From the IMG/VR virus record IMGVR_UViG_3300035703_000010, positions 1 through 64,000 of that record: DNA of 64,000 nucleotides; one strand, 5' to 3'. Position numbers and translations under genes: made by a program. The notes beneath the pieces were generated by a model that worked only from the letters and a program-made list of their open reading frames with translations, was not told the DNA's origin and made no database searches. Numbering within the stretch: position 1 is the first letter of the stretch; the number at the start of each line of letters is the position of its first letter. Shown here piece after piece: positions 1 to 8,607 of this stretch.

Positions 1-2
1 GT

Positions 3-947
3 GCCATCGTCGGATTCTCTGTGCAGCTTGCAGAAACTCTTTCGACTCGTTATGAGGATGGTAAGGGTATCATCATCGAAGACCCGGTCATGTATCCTGT
101 TCGTGTCGAACCGAAGTTGGATGGTCTTAGGTGCGTTGCCGTAAAGCATAACGGCGAAGTGACGATGTTCACACGGAATGGTACGGTCCTTGAGACTCTT
201 CCACGAATCAAGTCTTTGATTGAAGCGGCTCCATGGGATGAGTTTGTTCTCGATGGCGAAGTGATGGGTGTGGACTGGAACGAATCAGCTTCTGTCGTGA
301 TGTCTCACAAGAAAGGTAAGGATGATTCGAATATGATCTTCCACGTCTTCGACGCCCTTCACTTCTCTGACTGGCGCGACCAAGATAATCACCTAGACCT
401 CGAGGATCGAGTCGAACTCGTTAAGGAACTCGTTGGACAGGTAGGAAACTCGTCTGTCGTTCAAGTTCCAGGTCGATTGGTCAGTAACGAAAAGGAGTTA
501 CTTGAAGCATATGTCGCCGACACTGATGCTGGCTACGAAGGCATCATGGTGAAGGACTTGGTGGCTCCATACCTCTTTAAAAGATCTTCGAATATTCGTA
601 AGATGAAACCTGTGGCGACATATGAAGGAATTATTGTGGGTCATTATGAGGGCCGCAGGGGATCGAAGAGAGAAGGCTTGTGGGGAGGCTTTGAAGTTGT
701 CCTGCCAAATGGAGTTGTGACTCGAGTCGCGGGGGGATTTACCGACAAGATGAAGGCCGAAATCAATGTTGATCCAAATTCGTGGATCGGTCGAATCGTC
801 GAGATGGAAGGCCAACCTGATCCGCAGACTGGCGATGGTCTCACGAAGGATGGAAAAGTTAGATTTCCTGTGTTTATTCGAGAAAGAGACCCTCGCGACG
901 TCGATCAAAAGGTGGTTGTCGCAGGGCAAACTTATCTCAATAAGTGA
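3..947 (+). CDS. lig: ATP-dependent DNA ligase (5'-truncated by window edge)
   Basis: Ligase motifs EPKLDG (KxDG adenylation lysine), VLDGEV, FDAL, YEGIMVK, KMKP and C-terminal OB-fold RFPVF. The frame is open back to position 3 (AIVGFSVQLA), so the GTG at 21 is probably internal. Confidence 0.95.
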   Translation, partial: AIVGFSVQLAETLSTRYEDGKGIIIEDPVMYPVRVEPKLDGLRCVAVKHNGEVTMFTRNGTVLETLPRIKSLIEAAPWDEFVLDGEVMGVDWNESASVVMSHKKGKDDSNMIFHVFDALHFSDWRDQDNHLDLEDRVELVKELVGQVGNSSVVQVPGRLVSNEKELLEAYVADTDAGYEGIMVKDLVAPYLFKRSSNIRKMKPVATYEGIIVGHYEGRRGSKREGLWGGFEVVLPNGVVTRVAGGFTDKMKAEINVDPNSWIGRIVEMEGQPDPQTGDGLTKDGKVRFPVFIRERDPRDVDQKVVVAGQTYLNK

Positions 948-1049
948 ATTGTAATACAATGTAAATTGTTAATACAACTCATCTCATCATGTATATTTTA
1001 TGATCGCGTAATCTTGAAGATTACATTTGGTTACTAAATGGAGAAAAAA

Positions 1050-1259
1050 ATGAAGAACTTTGTATTACTTTCAATTGTTTCATGCTGCATTGCTGGATGC
1101 CCTGGTAAGGATCCTGTTGCAACTGATTCAACCGTTTCAGCTGTTGTTACTGCAGAAGCCGCACCATCAGCTGTTCCAACAGCCACTGCATCCGCAGCTG
1201 TCGAAGCCGCACCAGCTCCTTCAGCTAGCGCATCAGCAGCACCAGTTGAGAAGAAGTGA
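1050..1259 (+). CDS. Small predicted lipoprotein with Ala/Ser/Pro/Thr-rich tail
   Basis: MKN + hydrophobic stretch + lipobox IAG-C (Cys17), then low-complexity PSAVPTATASAA/PSASASAAP. GGAG at 1040-1043 favours ATG 1050 over 1038. Confidence 0.7.
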   Translation: MKNFVLLSIVSCCIAGCPGKDPVATDSTVSAVVTAEAAPSAVPTATASAAVEAAPAPSASASAAPVEKK

Positions 1260-1287
1260 AAAAATATAATTGAGTTTTTAAATTATA
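1260..1287 (-). terminator. Possible AU-rich terminator hairpin ending the fibre operon
   Basis: TATAATT (1265-1271) / AATTATA (1281-1287) inverted repeat followed on the minus strand by a T run; lies between convergent genes. Weak stem. Confidence 0.3.
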
Positions 1288-1289
1288 CG

Positions 1290-1362
1290 GTGACCTCGTC
1301 CTCTAAATCTAAGATACGGACAACATCTTCCGAAATCAGAGTGAAAGCCTCTGCGAGGTCAC
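1290..1362. ncRNA. Candidate structured RNA element (three-way junction)
   Basis: Perfect 9-bp closing stem GTGACCTCG/CGAGGTCAC enclosing hairpins AAGAT..ATCTT and CAGAG..CTCTG; GC-richer than flanks; intergenic. Confidence 0.35.
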
Positions 1363-1366
1363 AAAA

Positions 1367-1639
1367 TCAATCGATGATTGATTCAATATTAGGTGAGTTA
1401 ATTTTGTCATTTAACAAGCTGTATAGCTTGTTTTTTACAGCCTCATAAAGAGGTTGCTCAAACTCAACATTTGCTAAATCGACTTTGTCATGCTCTTTTG
1501 AAACAAAGTTTCCTGATCCGTCGATAAAACCCAAAGAATAATGAATCGTAACTAGTCCGCTTTCAGGCGTAACTACAAATTGGGTTATTTTCACGGTGTC
1601 TATAACGATTGTTTCTGGACTGTTAAGAGTTAAAGGCAT
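1367..1639 (-). CDS. Hypothetical protein (possible fibre assembly/accessory protein)
   Basis: 90 aa ORF directly downstream of the long fibre gene on the same strand; function inferred from position only. Confidence 0.55.
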   Translation of the reverse strand: MPLTLNSPETIVIDTVKITQFVVTPESGLVTIHYSLGFIDGSGNFVSKEHDKVDLANVEFEQPLYEAVKNKLYSLLNDKINSPNIESIID

Positions 1640-1664
1640 AATTTAATTATTCTTTCTTAGTACG

Positions 1665-4600
1665 TCATGCAACAATAAAATTGACTTTTAAAGTTCCGTT
1701 TGTTGAATTAGTATTGTGAGCATTACAAATTCTAATATTGAAAGCTCCTGATGTAATAGAGTCTACCATTACATATGGATGACCATCTGTGCCTATTGTA
1801 CCTGAATAATCTCCAATTGTTGCGACGACGACTGATGAACTAGCGACTGCGCTGTTCGTTACGGTAAAGGAAGACGAGCTATTTGCGCTGATGGCCGTTG
1901 AAACTGTTGTGATAACACCTGATGATGAGTTTATCGTAACTCCAGTAGTAATCGATCCAGTTTGAGTTACAGTCGCTTGTCCAAGGTTGAAAAGTTTTCC
2001 TTGCGTTAAAGCTGTGTTCGCAGTTAGAGAAACTCCTCCGCTTCCAGCATTAAGTGTCAAAGACGAAGTGCTATTTGTAGATCCAAGAGTAACTGTCTGG
2101 GCGGCTGCGCCTGTGGCAATGCTTGTAGTTCTGGCTGAAGCGCTAGTACCAATGTTTATTTGACCTGTACCAGCGTTGATTGTGACGGCTGACGCACCAG
2201 TCGATGCTCCTATGGAAACAGCTGAAAGTCCTGTACCTGCTCCGATAGTGATCGTCTGTGTATTGGACGTATTGTTACCGCTGCTTCCAATGTTAATTGT
2301 GTTTGTAGCAGTTGATCGTCCGAACGTCATAGTTCCAGTAGCGTCAGCCGATCCAAATGTATACGTACCTGCCGTTGCGCAAGCTAGAGAAAAATTACCT
2401 GAACCTGTTAGGTTAAAACCGCCTGTTCCTGATCTTAGGATCGTAAAACCTGTGCTGGTCGATAAGCTTCCAATCGTAATATTGTTTCTTCCTGTAGTAG
2501 AGGCAATGTTGACTGTTTGTATAAGGGTACCGTTGTTACCAGCTGCGCCAATATTAATCGTGTTAGAAGATGTTGAACGTCCTAACGTTATCGTGCCTGT
2601 GCCTGTTTCTCCGCCGACAGTATATGTTGTCGATGTAGATCCGGTTAATAACATGTTACCGGTTCCTGCTTCAAGCATTAACGAAGAAGCTCCGAAAATA
2701 GAGCCTACTGTTACTGCCTGAATTGCATCAGCTGTACCTAAGTTAACTGCGCGCGACGAAGGAGTCGTTCCTATGTTTAGAATCGATGCACTTTGAAGAA
2801 GATTGAATGTCGAAGCCGTCGTGTTAAGATTACCGCCGTTTACGTTAACATCGCCAGTAAAAGAAGTTCCGCTGACGGTTGCAACAATAGAATCATTAAT
2901 AGCTAAAACAACTGAGCTATTTGCACCGCCGTCTGTAAGTGTTAATCCAGTTCCTGCGCCTAGAGTTCTTTCGTTAGTCAATGTAGAGTCAGAAGAAATT
3001 ACAACATAAGAAGCAGTCACTGGAGCTATTTCAGAAACGTGTGCTAATTCTCTTGGAACTCCTCCAATTAAGGAATTAGGACGACCAGTCGTCGTGTTCA
3101 TACCTAAATCTCCAGCAGAAAGAGGAGTTGAAGTCGCATTAAACCTAAACAAAGCTCCTGGTGCTGAGCCGCTGACGTTTATAATTCCTGCTCCACCTCT
3201 GATGAATCCTGCATCTTTTGCTTGACCTAACCCAGGTTGGAATCCGACGGTTGTAGATGGCGGGAATAAAAGATCAGCATTATGTTCTATTGTTGTTACA
3301 GAACCTCCTCTAGTCCAACGGTATACTGCTGTAGATGCTTGAATTAGTTCAGCAAAGTCGGTCGTGCCGATTCTAAATGACGGGCTGGTTCCTATATGTA
3401 GAGTTCGTACAGGAGTTGTTGTGTTTATCCCAAGTCTATTGTTGTCAGAATCCCAAACAAAAGCAGAATCTTGTTGAATTATTCCGTTAGCTTGATAAAG
3501 CACGCCGCTAAGAATTGTTAAGTTTGAAGCTCCTAAACTTCCTGTAATCCCAACGTTTCCCCTGAATTGAGTGCCGCTAACAGTGGCAACTATGTTATCG
3601 TTGATTGCTAGCGTAACATCACCTGAAGATCCTCCTCCTGTCAGACCGGTTCCAGCATTAACTGCAGTAATGTCGCCAACCGTTCCATCATTCGTGATTG
3701 TGATTGCACCAGAAGAGCCCGTGGTGATAGAGATACCACTTCCTGCAATGAGGTATGATGTTCCGTTAGTTAATTTTGTTAATGAACCGCTGAGACCTTG
3801 GGAGAACTTCGTTTGGCCGGAGACGGTGTTTGTTCCAGAAGAATTTCCTATGTTTAGTGCTGTCGATGCCGCGCCGGCGAAGTTGACAGTCGTTGAGTTC
3901 GTGTTGAAAACGTTTGCTGTCGTGTTTGAAGTGGAGATTAATCCAGAATCGCCGATCGAAACATCACCGATCGTGAGGATGTTTGTCGTTTTATTATAAG
4001 TAAATTCGGCGTCACCACCGAATGTAGATCCTCCATCGTTGAACTGAACGTATGTGTCTAATCCTCCCGGCGTCGTTGGAGATACACCACCACCTCCTGT
4101 AGAAGTTATGCTTCTAAAGAGACCGCCTTGAACAAACCTAGCCTGAGCTGTATCTGATAGATTGCTTGCATTACCTTTTACTAACAGCGAGGCGACGTAG
4201 ATCGCTCCATTTTGCGTGTTTTTTCCTTCAGTAAATGTTTCTGTTGGAATAGCAGCTTCAGCTAAGTCTAACGAATTGTACGTAGCGTTACCGTAATAAA
4301 CATAGAAAGCTCTATTTGCAGAATTCGGGAACCAATAGACTCTCTGTATCGTAAACTGTCCTGCCGTGACGCTTCCAAGCGTTCCGTTGTTGTTGTACTT
4401 TGTTGGATCGATTACGGTATAACCTGCTCCACCTACGCCGGAATCGATGATATCTGTAGAGCCACTGACATATTCTCTGTATATCTTTGAAACAGTGACA
4501 GCCGTGTCTGTCGTCGACATGACGTAGTTTGGATCGTCTGGATCGACGGTGTAATTTCTGCCTTCCGCATATGATTCACCGGCTGATTTTATTAACGATA

Positions 4601-5423
4601 ATGTAGACCCGCTAGCTGCTAGCACGTGACCAGAAATCTTTAAGGGTCCAAACGCGCGGACGAAATGGCTCGTTTGTTGCGGGACAGAGTATGCTGTAGA
4701 TGGAGTCGTGGCCGTACCGTTCGTGACGCTACCTGATTGGTGTAGCACCTGACCTATTTTGACGTAGTCTAAAAAGTCTCCATTCGTGAATGGCGTTGTC
4801 TGCTGAATAATTCCACCGTTCTGATTAATACCAACGTATGTGATCTGATGGGTCGCGACGTACGTCAACGATTGGCTAACGTAGGTGGGCCATTCGACAT
4901 ATTGCACTGTTGGATACGGATCTGAAATTAATGATGCATTCGGCGCGATGATAAGAGCCGAGCCTGAAGTGATTGAAAACGTTGTCGTACCGTTTTGTGT
5001 TGATAGAACCCCGCCGTGGAGAAGACCCGTCGACATTATCGATTCTAACCAACGAAGACGTGTCGTGTTCGTGTAACCAGTCCCTGGCTGGTATTGAGTG
5101 AAGTAGAGGTCGTTTGTGGATCCTGAGGTATAGATGTAAGAAGCCGACTGATTCGTTGGGATTCTAAGCGCCCCGACTGGTTTCATCTGGATGTATTCAG
5201 AGACGCCGAAGGCCCCAGAAGCGAATGTATCACCTTTGAAAACGATGGATGGGGTATCGGCCCCCGAAGCCGTTGAGCTACCAGAGACGAAGAAGGTGAC
5301 GGTAGGATTTGGAAAAGAAGGGAAGGATGAACCTGGCTGGTTCGCGAATATGACGCTACCTGTAATGCCAATTCTCGAAGAGTTACTAGCCGATCCAGAA
5401 ATATTATTCGCAATTAAAGCCAT
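1665..5423 (-). CDS. Long tail/head fibre protein (1252 aa), G/S/T-rich
   Basis: Beta-rich G/S/T/N composition, internal repeats, YVQFNDGG..FGG..FTYN motif typical of phage fibres, C-terminal TVTQ..SITTGVTIN..SFTVTN module; shares segments with the neighbouring fibres. Confidence 0.8.
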   Translation of the reverse strand: MALIANNISGSASNSSRIGITGSVIFANQPGSSFPSFPNPTVTFFVSGSSTASGADTPSIVFKGDTFASGAFGVSEYIQMKPVGALRIPTNQSASYIYTSGSTNDLYFTQYQPGTGYTNTTRLRWLESIMSTGLLHGGVLSTQNGTTTFSITSGSALIIAPNASLISDPYPTVQYVEWPTYVSQSLTYVATHQITYVGINQNGGIIQQTTPFTNGDFLDYVKIGQVLHQSGSVTNGTATTPSTAYSVPQQTSHFVRAFGPLKISGHVLAASGSTLSLIKSAGESYAEGRNYTVDPDDPNYVMSTTDTAVTVSKIYREYVSGSTDIIDSGVGGAGYTVIDPTKYNNNGTLGSVTAGQFTIQRVYWFPNSANRAFYVYYGNATYNSLDLAEAAIPTETFTEGKNTQNGAIYVASLLVKGNASNLSDTAQARFVQGGLFRSITSTGGGGVSPTTPGGLDTYVQFNDGGSTFGGDAEFTYNKTTNILTIGDVSIGDSGLISTSNTTANVFNTNSTTVNFAGAASTALNIGNSSGTNTVSGQTKFSQGLSGSLTKLTNGTSYLIAGSGISITTGSSGAITITNDGTVGDITAVNAGTGLTGGGSSGDVTLAINDNIVATVSGTQFRGNVGITGSLGASNLTILSGVLYQANGIIQQDSAFVWDSDNNRLGINTTTPVRTLHIGTSPSFRIGTTDFAELIQASTAVYRWTRGGSVTTIEHNADLLFPPSTTVGFQPGLGQAKDAGFIRGGAGIINVSGSAPGALFRFNATSTPLSAGDLGMNTTTGRPNSLIGGVPRELAHVSEIAPVTASYVVISSDSTLTNERTLGAGTGLTLTDGGANSSVVLAINDSIVATVSGTSFTGDVNVNGGNLNTTASTFNLLQSASILNIGTTPSSRAVNLGTADAIQAVTVGSIFGASSLMLEAGTGNMLLTGSTSTTYTVGGETGTGTITLGRSTSSNTINIGAAGNNGTLIQTVNIASTTGRNNITIGSLSTSTGFTILRSGTGGFNLTGSGNFSLACATAGTYTFGSADATGTMTFGRSTATNTINIGSSGNNTSNTQTITIGAGTGLSAVSIGASTGASAVTINAGTGQINIGTSASARTTSIATGAAAQTVTLGSTNSTSSLTLNAGSGGVSLTANTALTQGKLFNLGQATVTQTGSITTGVTINSSSGVITTVSTAISANSSSSFTVTNSAVASSSVVVATIGDYSGTIGTDGHPYVMVDSITSGAFNIRICNAHNTNSTNGTLKVNFIVA
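2026..2727 (-). repeat. Protein-level tandem repeats in the long fibre
   Basis: TGTITLGRSTSSNTINIG (2548-2600) vs TGTMTFGRSTATNTINIG (2287-2339); several xVT(V/I/L)GS..xSS(L/V)x(L/I)xAG(T/S)G units. Confidence 0.75.
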
Positions 5424-5466
5424 TGTTCATCCTTCCGATTTATCTTGATTTAAATAAACGTTAATG

Positions 5467-6822
5467 TCAGAACTTGAGCTGTGGATCCTCATCAAGGTGA
5501 GGAACAGCTTCAAGTAAGAACTTGTAACGTTTACCGGTCTTGTTGAAACGAATTGTCAGCATATCCTCTTCTTCGATGAGGGTATAGTCGCCACGGTCGT
5601 TTCTGAGGTGTAAGTCGCCTGTATACACGTTAGCCCAACGGTTCGTTGCAGAACCAAGGTTTTGAGCATTATCTCCAGAAGGTATAATATCAGAATTGAC
5701 TCTTGCTGTGAATGTAACAGTATCAGAAGTAGTATCACCAAGAGCAACAGATCCAGAAACCCCTAAATCAGCTGCAATCCATAAAGATGTATCACCGTTT
5801 GTCGTAAGAGAAGAATTTCTTAAAACTTTTCCTGTTGTATCATCGAACAATGCAACAGCGTATTGCGTAGACGATCCAGGTCCTGTAACATCTCCAATTA
5901 CTAAAGAGCTTATCGTAACTGCACCATTTGATGCAGATGAGATAGAAATTCCAGATCCCGCGATCATGTATGAAGTTCCATCCATCAAGCGAGTTAATGA
6001 TCCGCTAAATCCGAGGCTTGCAGAAACTATGTTTGCTTGAATGTCGTTTGTATGAAGGTTTGAATAAGATGATATTGCAAAGCTTCCTGTTGCTGATGAG
6101 GTAGTGGTTGCAAATGCAAATTCAGAATTTGTGTTATCCCACTTATTCATTACATTTGTGCCACCAGTCGTAAGGCCTCCAATCCACCCGCGATCTCCGT
6201 TTGTTTGCGCTATCGTACCTGAAGCGAATCCAAGACCAATCACTGAATCTTTGACTTCAAGATTCGTTGTGTTAACAGTAGCCATCGTACCATTAACCGT
6301 AAGATCACCTGTTACTGTTACATTTTTTGAAACAATAAGGTTGTTGTTTACAGTCGTTGTACCGGTACCAGCAGCAGATCCTATTATTAATGCAGTTGCA
6401 GATGAACCGATTGCAACGTTTGTTGCGTTAGCATTGAATAATGTAGCTGTTGCGGAAGTTGTAGTAATATCTCCACCGTTAACAGCGATGTCTCCGCTTG
6501 TCGTTATGTTTCCTGTTGAAAGCGTAATTGAAACTGTGCTTCCTATGGAAACACCAACCGTGCTAGCAGAAAAAGAATTAGTTCCAGTGCTTGGGTTCTT
6601 TACGAGAAGCGTGCCGGAATTTACAAGATCTCCTCCGAATACAGCCCTGTCGATTCCGGTGGCTGCTCCGGACGACGACGATCCTGAAACGAAGAACGTT
6701 ACGTCAGTTCCTGGTAACGATGGAAACAGTGAACTTGGACGGTTCGCTATAATTACTGATCCAGAAACTCCGATGACTGAATTCGATTGTGTACTACCTG
6801 ATATGTGACCGACTAATGCCAT
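5467..6822 (-). CDS. Fibre protein (451 aa) with C-terminal YTGDLHLRND domain
   Basis: N-terminus homologous to the 1252 aa fibre (MAL..ISGS..S.IG.(S/T)GSVI.AN.P.S.FPS.P...VTFFVSGSS); VTGDLTVNGT..TVNTTNLEVKD fibre motif; SD-like AGGAG upstream. Confidence 0.8.
   Translation of the reverse strand: MALVGHISGSTQSNSVIGVSGSVIIANRPSSLFPSLPGTDVTFFVSGSSSSGAATGIDRAVFGGDLVNSGTLLVKNPSTGTNSFSASTVGVSIGSTVSITLSTGNITTSGDIAVNGGDITTTSATATLFNANATNVAIGSSATALIIGSAAGTGTTTVNNNLIVSKNVTVTGDLTVNGTMATVNTTNLEVKDSVIGLGFASGTIAQTNGDRGWIGGLTTGGTNVMNKWDNTNSEFAFATTTSSATGSFAISSYSNLHTNDIQANIVSASLGFSGSLTRLMDGTSYMIAGSGISISSASNGAVTISSLVIGDVTGPGSSTQYAVALFDDTTGKVLRNSSLTTNGDTSLWIAADLGVSGSVALGDTTSDTVTFTARVNSDIIPSGDNAQNLGSATNRWANVYTGDLHLRNDRGDYTLIEEEDMLTIRFNKTGKRYKFLLEAVPHLDEDPQLKF
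5591..5625. repeat. 35-nt direct repeat, copy 1 (34/35 identical to 6979-7013)
   Basis: ccacggtcgtttctgagGtgtaagtcgcctgtata; encodes YTGDLHLRNDRG in the fibre C-terminus. Confidence 0.9.
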
Positions 6823-6875
6823 GAAAGATTACTCCTGCTGTTATAAAAGCTATTAAATGACAAGAGTAAATATTG

Positions 6876-8480
6876 TCAAGATTCGCTATCGATCGGTTGC
6901 AACATCATTTTGTACTTTTTACCTGTTATATTATTGATAACACAGAGATAATCACGTTCCTCTACGATTGTCCAATCTCCACGGTCGTTTCTGAGATGTA
7001 AGTCGCCTGTATAAACATGACCCCATCTTTTTTCAGACGTTCCTAAAGTATAAGTTGTATCTTCATCTGGTATGATATTACCTTTCATACCAAAAGATCC
7101 AGTCAAAGACAAAAGGTTTGTAGAAGAATTAAAATTTAAATTCGCAGAAGCCCCAAAAGATCCTGCATTATTAAATTGTAACTCAGTATTGCTACCAGCT
7201 GGCGTTCCACCGCCGGTAGATGAAATTGTTACTTGACCGTTTGACGCCGATGATATTGTAACGTTTGTTCCAGCAACAAGATATGAAGTACCATCAGTTA
7301 ATCTAGTAAGAGAACCTGATAATCCAAGAGTTGCTGCAAAAGAACCTGTAACTTCAACGATTCCTCTTCCTATTGAGATTCCTTTATTTACGCGTACTAT
7401 ATCTCCACGCGTAGCATTGCTGGTTGAAGTCCCGTCACCAATGATGAACAATGATGTAGAATTATTTCTTAAATTGTATTGTCCAAAGACATTTTGTCCA
7501 GAACCTGAAGCTATTGTTCCTATACCTGCTGCTAGCGAATAAGTACCTACAGCTTCAGTAGAACTACCTTCAGCATGTGATGCAATTCCAGAAGCTGTTG
7601 TTGATGCGCCTTCAGCATGAGAATACCATCCAGAAGCAATCGTAAATTGACCTTCTGCATGTGAAGCAATTGCTGAAGCTGTTGTGGTAAGTCCTTCAGC
7701 ATGTGAGTAAATGCCAGAAGCCGTAGTATTTGCGCCTTCAGCATGCGCACCAGAAGCAGAAGCCGTAGTGCTAGATCCTTCTGCATGCGCGGCAGCACCA
7801 GAAGCCGTGGTAGTTTGGCCTTCAGCGTGTGAATACAACCCTGATGCGTTTACTAATAAACCTTGTCTTAAAGATCCACTTATGACAACATCGCCACCAA
7901 ATAATGAGCGCTTATCATCCACTCCGCTTCCGCTAATCGATCCTGAGATATAAAAGAATACGTTTGTTCCTTTATCTGATGGAGAATCAATCCCGGCTTC
8001 ATTACCAATGAATGCCGCAGATCCTGTTGTGAAAATGGATCCATTCGTAGTGCTGCTGAAAAAGTTATTGGTAGCTGCAGTAGAAGAGATTGTTACAGAA
8101 CCATTTGAAGAAGAAAATATCGATATGTTATTTCCAGCGATTAAATAACTTGTACCGTCTACTAATGTTGTAAGCGATCCTGAAAGTCCTAATGTATGCT
8201 TCGTAACTCCAGTAAATGTTGATCCGCTGATCGTTGCTACTTCACCATCATTTATGGACAACGTGTAATTTGAATTTGCGCCTCCATCAGTGGCTTTTAA
8301 TCCGATGCTCGGAATAAATCGTCTTTCATTGGATAGTGAAGACGTCAATGATAGAACTAGATACGATGCGTCAGGGTCGCCTCCTCCAGTTGTACCTCCA
8401 CCCCCACCACCAGATGCATAGACAGGTTGCTGCCTATAAAATGAATACGTTTTTCTTAACCTATTTTTATCTTCGACCAT
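6876..8480 (-). CDS. Fibre/adhesin protein (534 aa) with YadA-like head repeats
   Basis: 14-aa SHAEG repeats, two GLSGSLT.L.DGTSYL.AG modules, PAGSNTELQFNNAGSFG motif, C-terminal YTGDLHLRNDRGDW domain. Confidence 0.85.
   Translation of the reverse strand: MVEDKNRLRKTYSFYRQQPVYASGGGGGGTTGGGDPDASYLVLSLTSSLSNERRFIPSIGLKATDGGANSNYTLSINDGEVATISGSTFTGVTKHTLGLSGSLTTLVDGTSYLIAGNNISIFSSSNGSVTISSTAATNNFFSSTTNGSIFTTGSAAFIGNEAGIDSPSDKGTNVFFYISGSISGSGVDDKRSLFGGDVVISGSLRQGLLVNASGLYSHAEGQTTTASGAAAHAEGSSTTASASGAHAEGANTTASGIYSHAEGLTTTASAIASHAEGQFTIASGWYSHAEGASTTASGIASHAEGSSTEAVGTYSLAAGIGTIASGSGQNVFGQYNLRNNSTSLFIIGDGTSTSNATRGDIVRVNKGISIGRGIVEVTGSFAATLGLSGSLTRLTDGTSYLVAGTNVTISSASNGQVTISSTGGGTPAGSNTELQFNNAGSFGASANLNFNSSTNLLSLTGSFGMKGNIIPDEDTTYTLGTSEKRWGHVYTGDLHLRNDRGDWTIVEERDYLCVINNITGKKYKMMLQPIDSES
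6979..7013. repeat. 35-nt direct repeat, copy 2
   Basis: ccacggtcgtttctgagAtgtaagtcgcctgtata; one synonymous mismatch to 5591-5625. Confidence 0.9.
7494..7850 (-). repeat. Eight 14-aa YadA-head-like repeats (ASGxxSHAEGxxTT)
   Basis: Seven HAEG units plus one degenerate (SLAAG) at 42-nt period. Confidence 0.85.
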
Positions 8481-8607
8481 TTGGGGGACAACCCATGAGA
8501 TTGTATTACATATTATGCAGAATTATATCCTACGGAGTAAAATTATTTACTTTTAAACATTGCTTGCCCAATTTTGTGCTGTAATAATAAAAAACGAATA
8601 TTTATAG

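Noticed and set aside
1290-1362. tRNA, hammerhead, pistol or c-di-GMP-I riboswitch
   Set aside because: No cloverleaf or TTC loop; catalytic and ligand-binding consensus nucleotides are not matched, only short resemblances (GAAA, TAAAT, AAAGCC).
5591-7013. Diversity-generating retroelement (TR/VR) explanation for the 35-nt repeat
   Set aside because: Too short, only one synonymous mismatch, both copies are coding, and there is no reverse transcriptase in the window.
498-7953. Antisense or alternative-frame ORFs over the ligase and fibre genes (e.g. 498-959, 2176-2721, 3571-3999, 5696-6040, 6104-6808, 7711-7953)
   Set aside because: They are shadow ORFs; their V/P/A-rich translations mirror the T/G/S-rich sense codons, which lack antisense stops. 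No motifs or RBS.
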